In this document: piece by piece, positions 13,321 through 24,839 of the stretch | How the letters are laid out: the number at the start of each line of letters is the position of its first letter | How positions within the stretch are numbered: the first letter of the stretch is position 1 | DNA from: Mya arenaria | Lineage: Eukaryota | Reading direction: 5' to 3' | DNA length: 64,000 bases | NCBI RefSeq assembly: GCF_026914265.1 | Contig: NC_069127.1 | Location: 1,745,682-1,809,681, forward strand | Made by a program: the position numbers and the translations under genes | The notes under the pieces: generated by a model | What the model saw: only the letters and a program-made list of their open reading frames with translations | Database searches by the model: none | What the model was told of the DNA's origin: nothing

Positions 13321-13729
13321 GAGTCTGTCTTTAACTTTATCAATGTATTTTTATTAAAATCCAGTTTTTATTAAAGTCAGCGGTCCATATCATGTTTTTG
13401 GCCGGTCCAGACCTCGCCAAAAATATAGAATGGACCGCTGACGTCATCAAACCGGTGAGTGCTGCTTGCAGTTTGCACTAGGACATTTTTTCTCAAGTAA
13501 ACATTATAAGATTTGTTCAATAAAACACATCAAAGGCACTTTAAAATTATTAAATGGTTAAAAGTGTTCGGTAAAATATAAGAAATATAACACACCACTT
13601 CGGGCCATATGAAATTACAAGGACTGGCCAGTCAGCCCCCGAAGGTGAATGGACCTTCATTGGCTAACTGGCCGGTCCTTATATTGTCATATGGCCCTCA
13701 GTGATGTGTTATATTTCTTAACTGTATCT
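13321..13729. mobile_element. Non-satellite insertion of about 410 bp with internal hairpins (MITE-like) interrupting the 24/48-bp satellite
   Basis: Unique sequence between two blocks of the same satellite. It contains a 54-bp inverted repeat (taagaaatataacacaccacttcgggccatatg...catatggccctcagtgatgtgttatatttctta) and a smaller cagcggtccat...atggaccgctg hairpin. Confidence 0.45.
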
Positions 13730-14640
13730 AAGTCAATGTATCTGTCAATCTCTGAGTCAATATGTCTGTCTGTATCTCAGTCAATGTATCTGTCAATCTC
13801 TCAGTCAATATGCCTGTCTGTATCTTAGTCAGTCAATGTATCTGTCAATCTCTGAGTCAATATGTCTGTCTGTATCTCAGTCAATGTATCTGTCAATTTC
13901 TCAGTCAATATGTCTGTCTGTATCTCAGTCAATGTATCTGTCAATCTATTGGGCAGCATGTCTGTTTGTATTTCAGTCAATATGTCTGTCTGTATCTAAG
14001 TCAATGTATCTGTCAATATCTCAGTCAATATGTCTGTCTGTATTTCAGTCAATATGTCTGTCTGTATCTTAGTCAGTCAATGTATCTGTCAATCTTTCAG
14101 TCAATATGCCTGTCTGTATCTCATTCAATATGTCTGTCAATCTTTGAGTCAATATGTTATCTCAGTAAATATGTCCCTCTGTATCTCAGTTAATATGTCT
14201 GTCTGTATCTTAGTCAATGTATCTGTCAATCTCTGAGTCAATATGTCTGTCTGTATCTCAGTCAATGTATCTGTCAATCTCTCAGTCAATAAGTCTGTCT
14301 GTATTTCAGTCAATGTATCTGTCAATCTCTGAGTCAATATGCCTGTCTGTATTTTAGTCAATGTATCTGTCAATCTCTGAGTCAATATGTCTATCTTTAT
14401 CTCAGTCAATATGTCTGTCTGTATCTCAGTCAATGTATCTGTCAATCTCTCAGTCAATAAGTCTGTCTGTATTTCAGTCAATGTATCTGTCAATCTCTGA
14501 GTCAATATGCCTGTCTGTATCTTAGTCAATGTATCTGTCAATCTCTGAGTCAATATGTCTATCTTTATCTCAGTCAATATGTCTGTCTGTATCTCAGTCA
14601 ATGTATCTGTCAATCTCTCAGTCAATCTGTCCATCTGTCC
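13730..14640. repeat. Continuation of the 24/48-bp satellite, with variant subunits
   Basis: Same gtctgtctgtatct / agtcaatgtatctgtcaatctct units as 12290-13320. Confidence 0.95.
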
Positions 14641-14790
14641 ATCCGTCCGTCTGTATTTATGTCTTTCTGTCTGTCTGCCTACCCAACTACATGCTTAGCC
14701 TTGTCTATAAAATTATACTTTTGATTATTTTTATTTATCATCACTAATGATTTAATCTTACATACTATATTAAGTTTTCTTTTCCAATAG

Positions 14791-14904
14791 ACAATGCCCA
14801 TGGAGACTCTGGAACAGAGAGTTGAACCTATTGATTCACCGATTGATTCACCGGTGGAAGAATCAGATGATGATCAGCCTGCATCTAGACAATTGTTCCA
14901 TATG
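14791..14904 (+). CDS. Candidate coding exon, possibly with the initiator ATG at 14794 (MPMETLEQRVEPIDSPIDSPVEESDDDQPASRQLFHM)
   Basis: Acceptor ttttccaatag, an ATG in acaATGc context, and donor gtaatt. The product is acidic and Pro/Ser-rich. It ends in phase 0. Confidence 0.3.
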
Positions 14905-15599
14905 GTAATTTATTATCAACCTCTTAAGATAGATTTATATATTCAGACTATGTGTAGAATAGCAGGTTCAGTCATTTTTCTGTTTATAAACACCTACCTT
15001 TGAATTTCAGGTTGTTGTTTTTTTCTTTACATCTGTCCCAGTTAAAGCTGCGCTCTCACAGATTTACTGTTTTTACGTTTATTATTTTTTTAAACATGGA
15101 TGCGTAAATATCTAAAAACCAATGGTAAAAGATTGCTGACAAAAGATCAGATTTGCATATTTCCGTTCGAAAATTAATGTTTAATGGCTTAAACCATTAC
15201 GAACAGTTAAAGAAAACTGCATAAAACATTAATTTTTGAACTGCAATATAAAAATGTGTGATTTAATTATTTGTCAGCAGTCTTATATCACTAGTTTCGA
15301 TGGATTTTTGCAAGATAAAAATTAAAAAAGTTGTTCTGTCTGTAAGAGTGCAGCTTTAATTGTATAATTTTATTTTTTTATTTTCTTCATTTAAGTATCA
15401 GCAGGTTAACCCACAGAAATACAATGTGTTCAAAAAATTTCTACTGAAATATTACATAAGGCTTGTGATTTGGCTATGTTTTTGCAGATTTCCGCAGATC
15501 TAATGACTTCAGGGATCAAAAATATCATTCATTTGTTTTAGTTACTAAAAAAAGTAAGCTTGCTGCTATTAGTTGTTTCATTGTTTGTTATATATTCTC

Positions 15600-15740
15600 C
15601 AGTTTGTTTAAAATTAGAAATCCACAAAACCCTTAGTCAAGAGAACCCTTAGTCAAGAAAACCCTTTGTCAAGAGAACACTTAGTCAAGAGAACCCTTAG
15701 TCAAAAGAATCATTAGTCAAGAGAACCCTTTGTCATGGGC
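15600..15740. repeat. 19-bp tandem repeat (cccttagtcaagagaaYcc), about 7 units
   Basis: Read directly from the sequence. Confidence 0.85.
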
Positions 15741-16391
15741 ATTATTTGATCTCAAATAGGGTGTAAAACACCCGCAAAAGCCATCGCTGAAATGATTTCA
15801 GCTATTCAGCTTGACTACCAGGGCAATCACATTGCTGGATTCCCATTGATCAAGATCATGCATATATTTTCTACAACCAGCATGTTTCCAGTTAGTCAAT
15901 AATTGGTTTTATTAGGGGGGTAGTTTAGAAGCTCCTGTATGTGGACTGTCTAGGTTATAAGTATTTCACACTCATCACTAAAAAGGCTTCCATTTATTTA
16001 GTCTTTTAAGCCAATATTTCAGTGAGAGGCTGCACCAGCCCTGCCAACTTTAATATTTGTCAGGAAGACCAAAAATTAACACTGACTATTACATGGATAT
16101 AATTGTATAACGTTATGACTTAATTGACAACTAATTCAAATTCCTAAGATCATTCTCATGGTTTAAGAACATTTTTCAAAAAAACACAACATATAGCAAT
16201 CCCAGAAAAAGGTCTAATTCAGGTAAAGATACACCGCATGTAACTGTCATTCAATTTAAAATGATTTGGTAAATTTTCATAACCAAGATTTATCACAATG
16301 GAACCGTTCGACAATGTTTTATAAACAATACAGTATTAGTTTTCAATGTCCCATACAAAACTGTTTTGTTTTTCTTCTGTCTGGACAAAAG

Positions 16392-16609
16392 GCAGTTAGA
16401 GGTGGAAGAACTAGGCAGACTGCCCGCAAGTCCACGGGAGGAAAAGCTCCTAGAGGTCCGTCTCCAGAATTGATCGCCAAAGTTCTGGAACCTGATCAAT
16501 CCGTGGAATATGAAGCATGTGAACTCCAACCTAAGAGGTCCAGATCCAGGGAGCGGGACATATATATGAAAGACTACAGGCCTGATGTATCAGAATATGT
16601 AGTACAACG
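16392..16609 (+). CDS. Coding exon whose product carries a histone H3 N-terminal tail-like stretch (GRTRQTARKSTGGKAPRG)
   Basis: Open frame of 72 codons after the pyrimidine-rich acceptor ...ttcttctgtctggacaaaag, ending at a GTATGT donor. QTARKSTGGKAPR is identical to H3 residues 5-17, but K4 is replaced by R. The rest of the exon (PSPELIAKVLEPDQSVEYEACELQPKRSRSRERDIYMKDYRPDVSEYVVQR) does not resemble histone. Confidence 0.4.
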
Positions 16610-16829
16610 GTATGTATTATTATCATTAATGGTATGAAAAGCATGTTCATAGGTAATCGTTTGAATGCACTCTATCAACTTCTGACAATCAAATGCCTTA
16701 CCCCACTTTTTCCTACATTATCCATTTTTTCCATTTATGGTGAATAATTTCAACTATTCCAGCTTATGTTATGCACTTGTAATTTTAACTAGCTATAATA
16801 TTACCAGCTATTCTGCATTTTGATTTTGC

Positions 16830-17900
16830 CATATAGTTATATATCTTGGGGCTGGCTATTTAAGAGTTGCCCCTCTGTGTCTCATATATCTTGGGGCTGG
16901 CTATTAAGGAGTTGCGTCTGTGTCACATATCTTTGGGCTGGCTATTTAGGAGTTGCCCCTGTCTCATATATCTTGGGGCTGGCTATTTAGGAGTTGCCCC
17001 TGTCTCATTTATCTTTTGGCTGGCAATTTAGGAGTTGCCCTTGTCTCATATATCTTGGGGCTGGCTATTTAGGAGTTGCCTCTGTCTCATATATCTTGGG
17101 GCTGGCTATTTAGGAGTTGCCCCTGTCTCATATATCTTGGGGCTGGCTATTTAGGAGTTGCCCCTGTCTCATATATCTTGGGGCTGGCTATTTAGGAGTT
17201 GCCTCTGTCTCATATATCTTGGGGCTGGCTATTTAGGAGTTGCCTCTGTCTCATATATCTTTGGGCTGGCTATTTAGGAGTTGCCTCTGTCTCATATATC
17301 TTGGGGCTGGCTATTTAGGAGTTGACCCTGTCTCATATATCCTGGGGCTGGCTATTTAGGAGTTGACCCTGTCTCATATATCTTTGGGCTGGCTATTTAG
17401 GAGTTGCCCCTGTCTCATATATCTTGGGGCTGGCTATTTAGGGGCTGCCCCTGTCTCATATATCTTTGGGCTGACTATTTAGGAGTTGCCTCTGTCTCAT
17501 ATATCTTTGGGCTGGCTATTTAGGAGTTGCCTCTGTCTCATATATCTTGGGGCTGGCTATTTAGGAGTTGCCTCTGTCTCATATATCTTGGGGCTTGCTA
17601 TTTAGGAGTTGCCTCTGTCTCATATATTTTGGGGCTGGCTATTTAGGAGTTGCCTCTGTCTCATATATCTTGGGGCTGGCTATTTAGGAGTCGCCTCTTT
17701 CTCATATATCTTGGGGCTGGCTATTTAGGAGTCGCCTCTGTCTCATATATCTTGGGGCTGGCTATTTAGGAGTTGCCTCGGTGTCATATATCTTGAGGCT
17801 GGCTATTTAGGAGTTGCCTCTGTGTCATATATCTTGGAGCTGGCTATTAAGGAGTTGCCTCTCTCTCATATATCTTGGGGCTGGCTATTTAGAAGTTGCC
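16830..17900. repeat. 42-bp satellite (gctggctatttaggagttgccYctgtctcatatatcttgggg), about 25 units
   Basis: Read directly from the sequence. Confidence 0.95.
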
Positions 17901-18559
17901 TCTGTCTCGTCAATCATACGAGTTAACACCACCTCATGTCATATCACATCCCTGAAAAATCTTGTCATGCGAATAGCTTCAAAAGTATTGCACATATACA
18001 AATGAAACTTCATGTAAAGTTTAATCACCTTGGGAAAGCATGCACCTGTTATTTGTGTGACATGTCACTGACCACTGCACTCTTACTCCTGAATAAGATA
18101 TACTGCAATTAATTTGATATAGTTTAAATATTCCAAAAAGGATGACTAAATTTCGAAAACAATGGTTATTATGAAGGGTAGTGAGTTTAATTTGAATTTT
18201 TTTTTAGCATTAAACACAAGTTTATGAGACTATAGTGGATCACAGGAAACCTTTTAGCATACACCAATCATTTAACATTTTGCCTTTCTGCTATTCAATA
18301 CAAGGTTACATCTTGTTATCAGTCATTTATTACTTCCATAAATGCATTATTTATTAAGTAGTTAAAAGGTTTATCAGTCAAAATGGATGTTTGTTATACA
18401 TGTGTATGCATTGATTTTGAATAAGAGTGTCACTTAAGAGAATAAACGTCTGGACAATACAATTCCTGTGTCCAGGCAGCATCTTGGAAGTTTATCACTT
18501 CTGTAATGGTTCTTGTTTTGCTTTCTAGTTTCTGTAAGTGCGAGTAACATAGAGTTTTT

Positions 18560-19320
18560 ATCATTAGAAAGTTTAGTCACACTTTTTTAGACTCAGAATT
18601 ATGTCAGTTTATAAATCCTTTTGTTTTGAGTCTAGTCCAAGCTTCTTGGACTTAGATATGGGTTTATAAACCTTGTTGTTTTGAGTCCAAGCTTCTTAGA
18701 CACTGATATGGGTTAATGAACCTTACTGTTTTACGTCTAATCCAAACTTCTTGGATTCAGGTATGGGTTTTATTTTTAAGTCCAGTCCAAGCTTCTTAGA
18801 CTCAGATATGGGTTTAAATAGCTTGTTATTTTTAAGTTTATTTAAAGCTTCTTATCTTCAGATATGGGTTTATAGACATGGTTGTTTTGAAGTCTTGTCC
18901 AAGCTTCTTAGTCTCAGATATGGGGATATAAACCTTGTTGTTTTTAAGTTTATTTAAAGGTTCTTAGCTTCAGATATGGGTTTATATACATTGTTGTTTT
19001 TAAGTCTAGTCCAAGATCCTTTGCCTCAGATTTGGGTTTATTAACCTTGTTGTTTTGATTCTAGACCAAGCTTCTCAGACTCTGATATGGGTTTATAAAC
19101 CTTATTGTTTCAACGTCTTTTCCAAGCATCTTAGACCCTGAAATGGGTTTATAAACCTTGTTGTTTTGATTCTAGACCAAACTTCTCAGACTCTGATATG
19201 GGTTTATAAACCTTATTGTTTCAACGTCTTTTTCAAGCTTCTCAGACTCTGAAACGGGTTTATAAACCTTGTTGTTTTAAGTCAAGTTTAAGCTTTTTGG
19301 ACTCAGGTATGAGTTTATAA
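18560..19320. repeat. Satellite of about 58 bp (gggtttataaaccttgttgttttgagtctagtccaagcttcttagactcagatatg), about 12 units
   Basis: Read directly from the sequence. The units are more diverged than in the other arrays. Confidence 0.85.
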
Positions 19321-19501
19321 ATCTTGAAATAGAAATTCTTAATGGACATGTGTTTTAAAATCAAATGAAATCTAACAATAAATATATTTTTATGCATATT
19401 GTTTGATTTTATTTCGGATATTTATTTATGAAATCAAATGAAATGTCTTAACTTACTCTATAATGAAGAAGAACAAATTTTAAAATCTTACATTTTTGCA
19501 G

Positions 19502-19536
19502 GAAAATGAGATTTGATCCATCCTCTTCCCCTGAAT
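19502..19536 (+). CDS. Candidate 35-bp micro-exon (..KMRFDPSSSPE..)
   Basis: Textbook acceptor (ttttgcag) and donor (gtaagt). Its phase (needs 1 nt in, leaves 1 nt out) fits between the 16.4 kb and 22.3 kb exons. Confidence 0.2.
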
Positions 19537-19989
19537 GTAAGTTGCAAATATATTTGTTCTTTCAAGATAATCAAAGGCTTGGTTAAAAAAAATTCTCTAA
19601 TAACTGTGACATTTTTCATTAAATGATACCAAAATTATTTGTTTGTATTTAAAAAAAGTTTATAGACTTGTGTTTTGAGTTTAGAATTCACTTTTAATCA
19701 AACAAACAAGAATAGTGTAGTACCAGGTGGGATAGAAGGGTACTGGGCCACATTTCTAGGTCAATGACTAAAGTCTATGAAACCAGCTCAGCACACTAGT
19801 TACATTTTGATATAATTGTATAACATTGGTCTTAAAATGCCTATAAGCTGCAGCATTAAAGTAACAAAAGATCGTTTATTTTAAAACCCCAAAAATATTA
19901 ACATTTACATTTCTTGATTTTTGTTGAGAAATTGTTTCCTGGCAGCGGTGTCCTCATGATAATAGTCAATATTCCCTTAAACAGATCAA

Positions 19990-21850
19990 TTCTAAACTCT
20001 GAAGAGGCATGTATATGTTACATTGGAATACCCAAATCACATGTACTCTTCAACCAGCCCAAATCTATACTTATGTGCTACAATCCGAAATTCATGCTGC
20101 AAATGTGCTACAACTCCAAATTCATAAACTAATGTATTACAGCCCCATATTCATAAAACTAATGTGTAACAACCCCAAATTCATAGTCCTAAAGTGTTAC
20201 AGCCCCAAATTCATTGACTAATGTTTTACAACCCCAAATTCATAAACTAATGTGTAACAACCTCAAATTCATAGTCCTAAAGTGTCAAAGCCCCAAATTC
20301 ATAAACTAATGTTTTACAACCCCAAATTCATAGTACTTATTGCTACAACCACAAATTCATAGTTCTAATTGCTACGACCCCAAACTCATAGTACTAATTG
20401 CTACAACACCAAATTCATAGTACTAATTGCTACAACGCCAAATTCATAGTTCTAGTGTGTTATAACCCACAATTCATAGTACTAATTGCTACAACCCCAA
20501 ATTCATAGTACTAATTGCAACAACCCCAAATTTATAGTACTACTGTGTTACAACCCCAAATTCATAGTACTAATTGCTACAACGCCAAATTCATAGTACT
20601 TAAATGTGCTACAACCCCAAATTCACTATGCTAATTGCTACAACCCCAAATTCATAGTTCTAGTGTGTTACAACCCCAAATTCAAAGTACTAATTGCTAC
20701 AACCCCAAATTCATAGTATTAATTGCTACAACCCCAAATTCATAGTACTAATTGCTACAACCCCAAATTCATAGTTCTAGTGTGTTATAACCCACAATTC
20801 ATAGTACTAATTGCTACAACCCCAAATTCATAGTTCTAGTGTGTTATAACCCACAATTCATAGTACTAATTGCTACATCCCCAAATTCATACTTCTATTG
20901 TGTTATAACCCACAATTCATAGTACTAATTGCTACAACCCCAAATTCATAGTATTAATTGCTACAACCCCAAATTCATAGTATTAATTGCTACAACCCCA
21001 AATTCATAGTTCTAGTGTGTTATAACCCACAATTCATAGTACTAATTGCTACAACCCCAAATTCATAGTATTAATTGCTACAACCCCAAATTCATAGTAC
21101 TAATTGCTACAACCCCAAATTCATAGTTCTAGTGTGTTATAACCCACAATTCATAGTACTAATTGCTACAACCCCAAATTTATAGTACTAATTGCAACAA
21201 CCCCAAATTTATAGTACTACTGTGTTACAACCCCAAATTCATAGTACTAATTGCTACAACCCCAAATTCATAGTACTTAAATGTGCTACAACCCCAAATT
21301 CACTATGCTAATTGCTACAACCCCAAATTCATAGTTCTAGTGTGTTACAACCCCAAATTCAAAGTACTAATTGCTACAACCCCAAATTCATAGTATTAAT
21401 TGCTACAACCCCAAATTCATAGTATTAATTGCTACAACCCCAAATTCATAGTACTAGTGTGTTACTACCACAAATTCATAGTACTAATTGCTACAATCCC
21501 AAATTCATAGTAATAGTGTGTTATAACCCCAAATTCATAGTACTAATTGCTACAACCCCAAATTCATAGTACTAGTGTGTTACAACCCCAAACTCATAGT
21601 ACTAAATGCTACAACCCCAAATTCATAGTACTTGTGTGTTATAACCCCAAATTCATAGTACTAATTGCTACAACCCCAAATTCATAGTACTAATTGCTAC
21701 AACCCCAAATTTATAGTACTTATGTGCTACAACACCAAATTCATAGTACTAATTGCTACAACTCCAAATTCATAGTACTAATGTGTTACAACACCAAATT
21801 CATAGTACTAATATGCTACAACACCAAATTCATAGTACTAATGCGCTACA
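19990..21850. repeat. 29-bp satellite (ctaattgctacaaccccaaattcatagta) with a higher-order variant (ttctagtgtgttataacccacaattcatagta), about 60 units
   Basis: Read directly from the sequence. Confidence 0.95.
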
Positions 21851-22288
21851 ACCCTTAATTCTTATACTTAAGTGTTTCAATCTTGGCAAATATAATTCTG
21901 TAAGCTGGATAGGCATTGACATAGGATTTGGCAAAACTGGAAACAATCATGAGACCCTTAATGTCAGCCAAGTAATCGCTTTTGTAATCATATTTTCCTG
22001 TTCTCAATGAAGTGGTTAAAACATATGTAAAAATGTATGGGAATATTTGTAAACAAAGGTGATTGCAATTCATAAATATAAGATAGTTAAGCACATGCTT
22101 TTTGCTATATAGATATGATTGCAGTATAGAATGGAAAATTGAACCTCGGTCAAGTTGTGCTGCTGGTTACTGGGCATGTCCTTTACCAGCCTGATTATGT
22201 GCCCTTGGACTGGATTTGCTAAATCCTCACACAATCACATAACATTTATTATTCTTACTTATATCACTTTTGTTTTTGTGTACTTCAG

Positions 22289-22480
22289 CCTCTAAGCTTG
22301 GTAGAGATGTAAAAATGTCAGAGGACACTAACCTCGCAGTGTTAGAGTCACATGATAATGATAAGGAGGAAATGAGGATTGTAGGAGGTGGAGCCTCTTC
22401 CCTCTTGATGGATGAGGGAGAAGAAGAGGAGGAGAATGAGGAGGACGAGGATATGGGGTTTGGCCTGTTTGATGATGATG
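22289..22480 (+). CDS. Coding exon with a ribosomal stalk P-protein-like acidic tail (IVGGGASSLLMDEGEEEEENEEDEDMGFGLFDDD)
   Basis: Acceptor tgtacttcag and donor gtgagt. The EEDEDMGFGLFD stretch matches the conserved C-terminus of P0/P1/P2 proteins, but here it is internal, followed by DDD and a splice donor. Phase: needs 2 nt in, leaves 1 nt out. Confidence 0.4.
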
Positions 22481-22885
22481 GTGAGTGCATAGGAAACTGA
22501 TATAGCTTTTTTATCCATTACTACCATTAGATTTGATGTAATGACTGGCGTCATATCAAGTACTAACTTGGTCTCCAATCTAGTATTAGAAAAAATGGCC
22601 ATCTTTCATAATTATGATGGGACATACATTTTCTGCTTTTTCTTTTGCATTATTTTTATGGAATTCTTATTCAGATAGAGTAATATTATTTTTTACTGTA
22701 CAAAATTCGAAATGCTATTGCACCTTTAATTGTTTTTTCTTGGCAAAAAACTATACTGGCTGAATGGTTTTGATTAAAAAGAAAGGGAAAAGAACTTATA
22801 ATTATGTTTGTTTTAGATCTATGTAAAATTTTATTGACCAACTATCTCTTTCATTATAATTAATAAAAGTAACAAGCAACTTTAA

Positions 22886-24480
22886 TTATGCCCCCCTTCG
22901 AAGAAGAGGGGTATATTGCTTTGCACAGGCATGTCGGTATGTCGGTCGGTCGGTCGGTCCGTCGGTAGACCAAAGCTTGTCCGAGTGATAACTCAACAAT
23001 TCCTGGACGTATGGTCATCAAACTTCACATGAAGGTTGGGCCTAACCAGTAGATGACCCCTATTGTTGTGATAATTTTAAAGCTTGTCCGAGTGATAACT
23101 CAACAATGCCTGCACCCATGGCCCTCAAACTTGACATGGAGGTTGGGCCTGACCAGTAGATGACCCCTATTGTTTTTAGGGATCATCAGGCCAAAGGTCA
23201 AGGTCACAGTGACCTTGAATGGTAAAAGGTTGTCCGAGTGATAACGTGACAATGCATGCACCCATCAAACTTGACTTGGAAGTTGGGCCTGACCAGTAGA
23301 TGACCCCTATTGTTTTCGGGGGTCATTGGGCCAAAGGTCAAGGTCACAGTGACCTTTAATGGTAAAAGGTTGTCCGATAGATAACTCAACAATGCCTGCA
23401 CCCATGGCCCTCAAACTTGACTTGGAGAATTGGCCTGACCAGGAGATGACCCCTATGGTTTTTGAGGGTCATCTGGCCAAAGGTCAAGGTCACAGTTACC
23501 TGGAATGGTAAAAGGTTGTCCGAGTGATAACTCGACAATGCCTGCACCCATGGCCCTCAAACTTGACTTGGAGGTTGGGCCTAGCCAGAAGATGGTCCCA
23601 ATTGATTTAAGGGGTCATTGGGCCAAAGGTCAAGGTCACAGTGACCTGGAATGGTAAAAGGTTATCTGAGTGATAACTTGACAATGGCTGCACCCATGGC
23701 CCTCAAACTTGATTTGGAGGTTGAGCTTGGCCAGAAGATTGTCCCTATTAATTGTAGGGGTCATTGGGTCAAAGGTCAAGGTCACAGTGACCTTGAATGA
23801 TAATAGGTTGTCCAAGTGATAACTCAACAATGCCTGCACCCATGGCCCTGAAACTTGACATGGAGGTTGGGCCTGACCAGTAGATGACCTCTATTGATTT
23901 TAGGGTCAAAGGTCAAAGTCACAGTGACCTTGAAAGCAAACTCGACAATTCTTGGACCTATGGTCATCAAACTTGACATGAAGGTTGGGTCTGAACAGTA
24001 GATGACCCCTATCGACTTTGGGGGTCATCAGGCCAAGGTCAATGTCACAGTAACCTTTAACGCAAAAAAGAACAAATCTTCCCCCACTGATATCTCAACA
24101 ATGCCTGAACCTATGATCATTAAACTTGACATGGATGTTAAGCCTGAACAGTAGATCACCCTTATTGATTTAGGATTCATAGAGCTAAAGGTTAAGGTCA
24201 CAGTGATCTTGAATGGTAAAAGGTTGTCCGAGTGATAACTCAACAATGCCTGAACCTGTGGCCTTCAAACTTGACTTGGAGTTGCATCTGACTTGAAGAC
24301 TTATGATTTAAGGGGTCATCCAGTCAAAGGTCAAGGTCACAGTGACCTTGAACAAAAAAAAACTTGTCTTGTGATAACTTGACAATGCCTGCACCCATGG
24401 CCCTCAAACTTGACATTTAGGTTTCTGGTGACCAGCTGATGACTCTGGATTTTGAGTTCATAGAGTCAAAGGTCATGACG
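22886..24480. mobile_element. Composite pearl-like element: hairpin head (ttatgccccccttcgaagaagaggggtatat), (GTCG/GTCC)n microsatellite, then about 12 tandem 125-bp units
   Basis: Each unit contains ggccaaaggtcaaggtcacagtgacct. The same head, tetranucleotide and tandem-unit architecture recurs at 41320 and 42690. It resembles published bivalve pearl/CvA-type elements (from memory). Confidence 0.6.
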
Positions 24481-24605
24481 GTCATAACACACTTTATCCT
24501 CACACTTTAATGGTCATAATCTTAAAACAGCAACAAATCAGCTGTCATTTCGGTCCATGCATATTTCATTCAATTGTCCATATAATCCTGACAACATGGC
24601 GCTCA

Positions 24606-24622
24606 GGGGGGGGGGGGGGGGG
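24606..24622. repeat. G17 homopolymer
   Basis: Read directly from the sequence. Confidence 0.9.
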
Positions 24623-24839
24623 CATAATGTTTGACAAACATCTCTTGTTTAAGGGGGTCCTGCAGGACAGCTACCTGCATTTATTGAAGTACAACATATA
24701 GTTTTGTTGGCACCCCTCAAGTTGACATATAGATATGTTTACATCTTTCAATGTTGTGCACTGAACGATGGTCTTTTCATCCCCTATGAAAAAAGTGAAC
24801 TGTTTCAAGACCTGCATTATGAGGCCCTCAAAACATATA

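Noticed and set aside
12266-14634. Multiple 60-160-aa ORFs on both strands, with repetitive translations such as MPVCILVNVSFNLIVN... and MTMRLKDTLTKIQT...
   Set aside because: They sit entirely inside the 24/48-bp satellite. Periodic open frames on both strands are the expected artefact of a short tandem repeat lacking stop codons.
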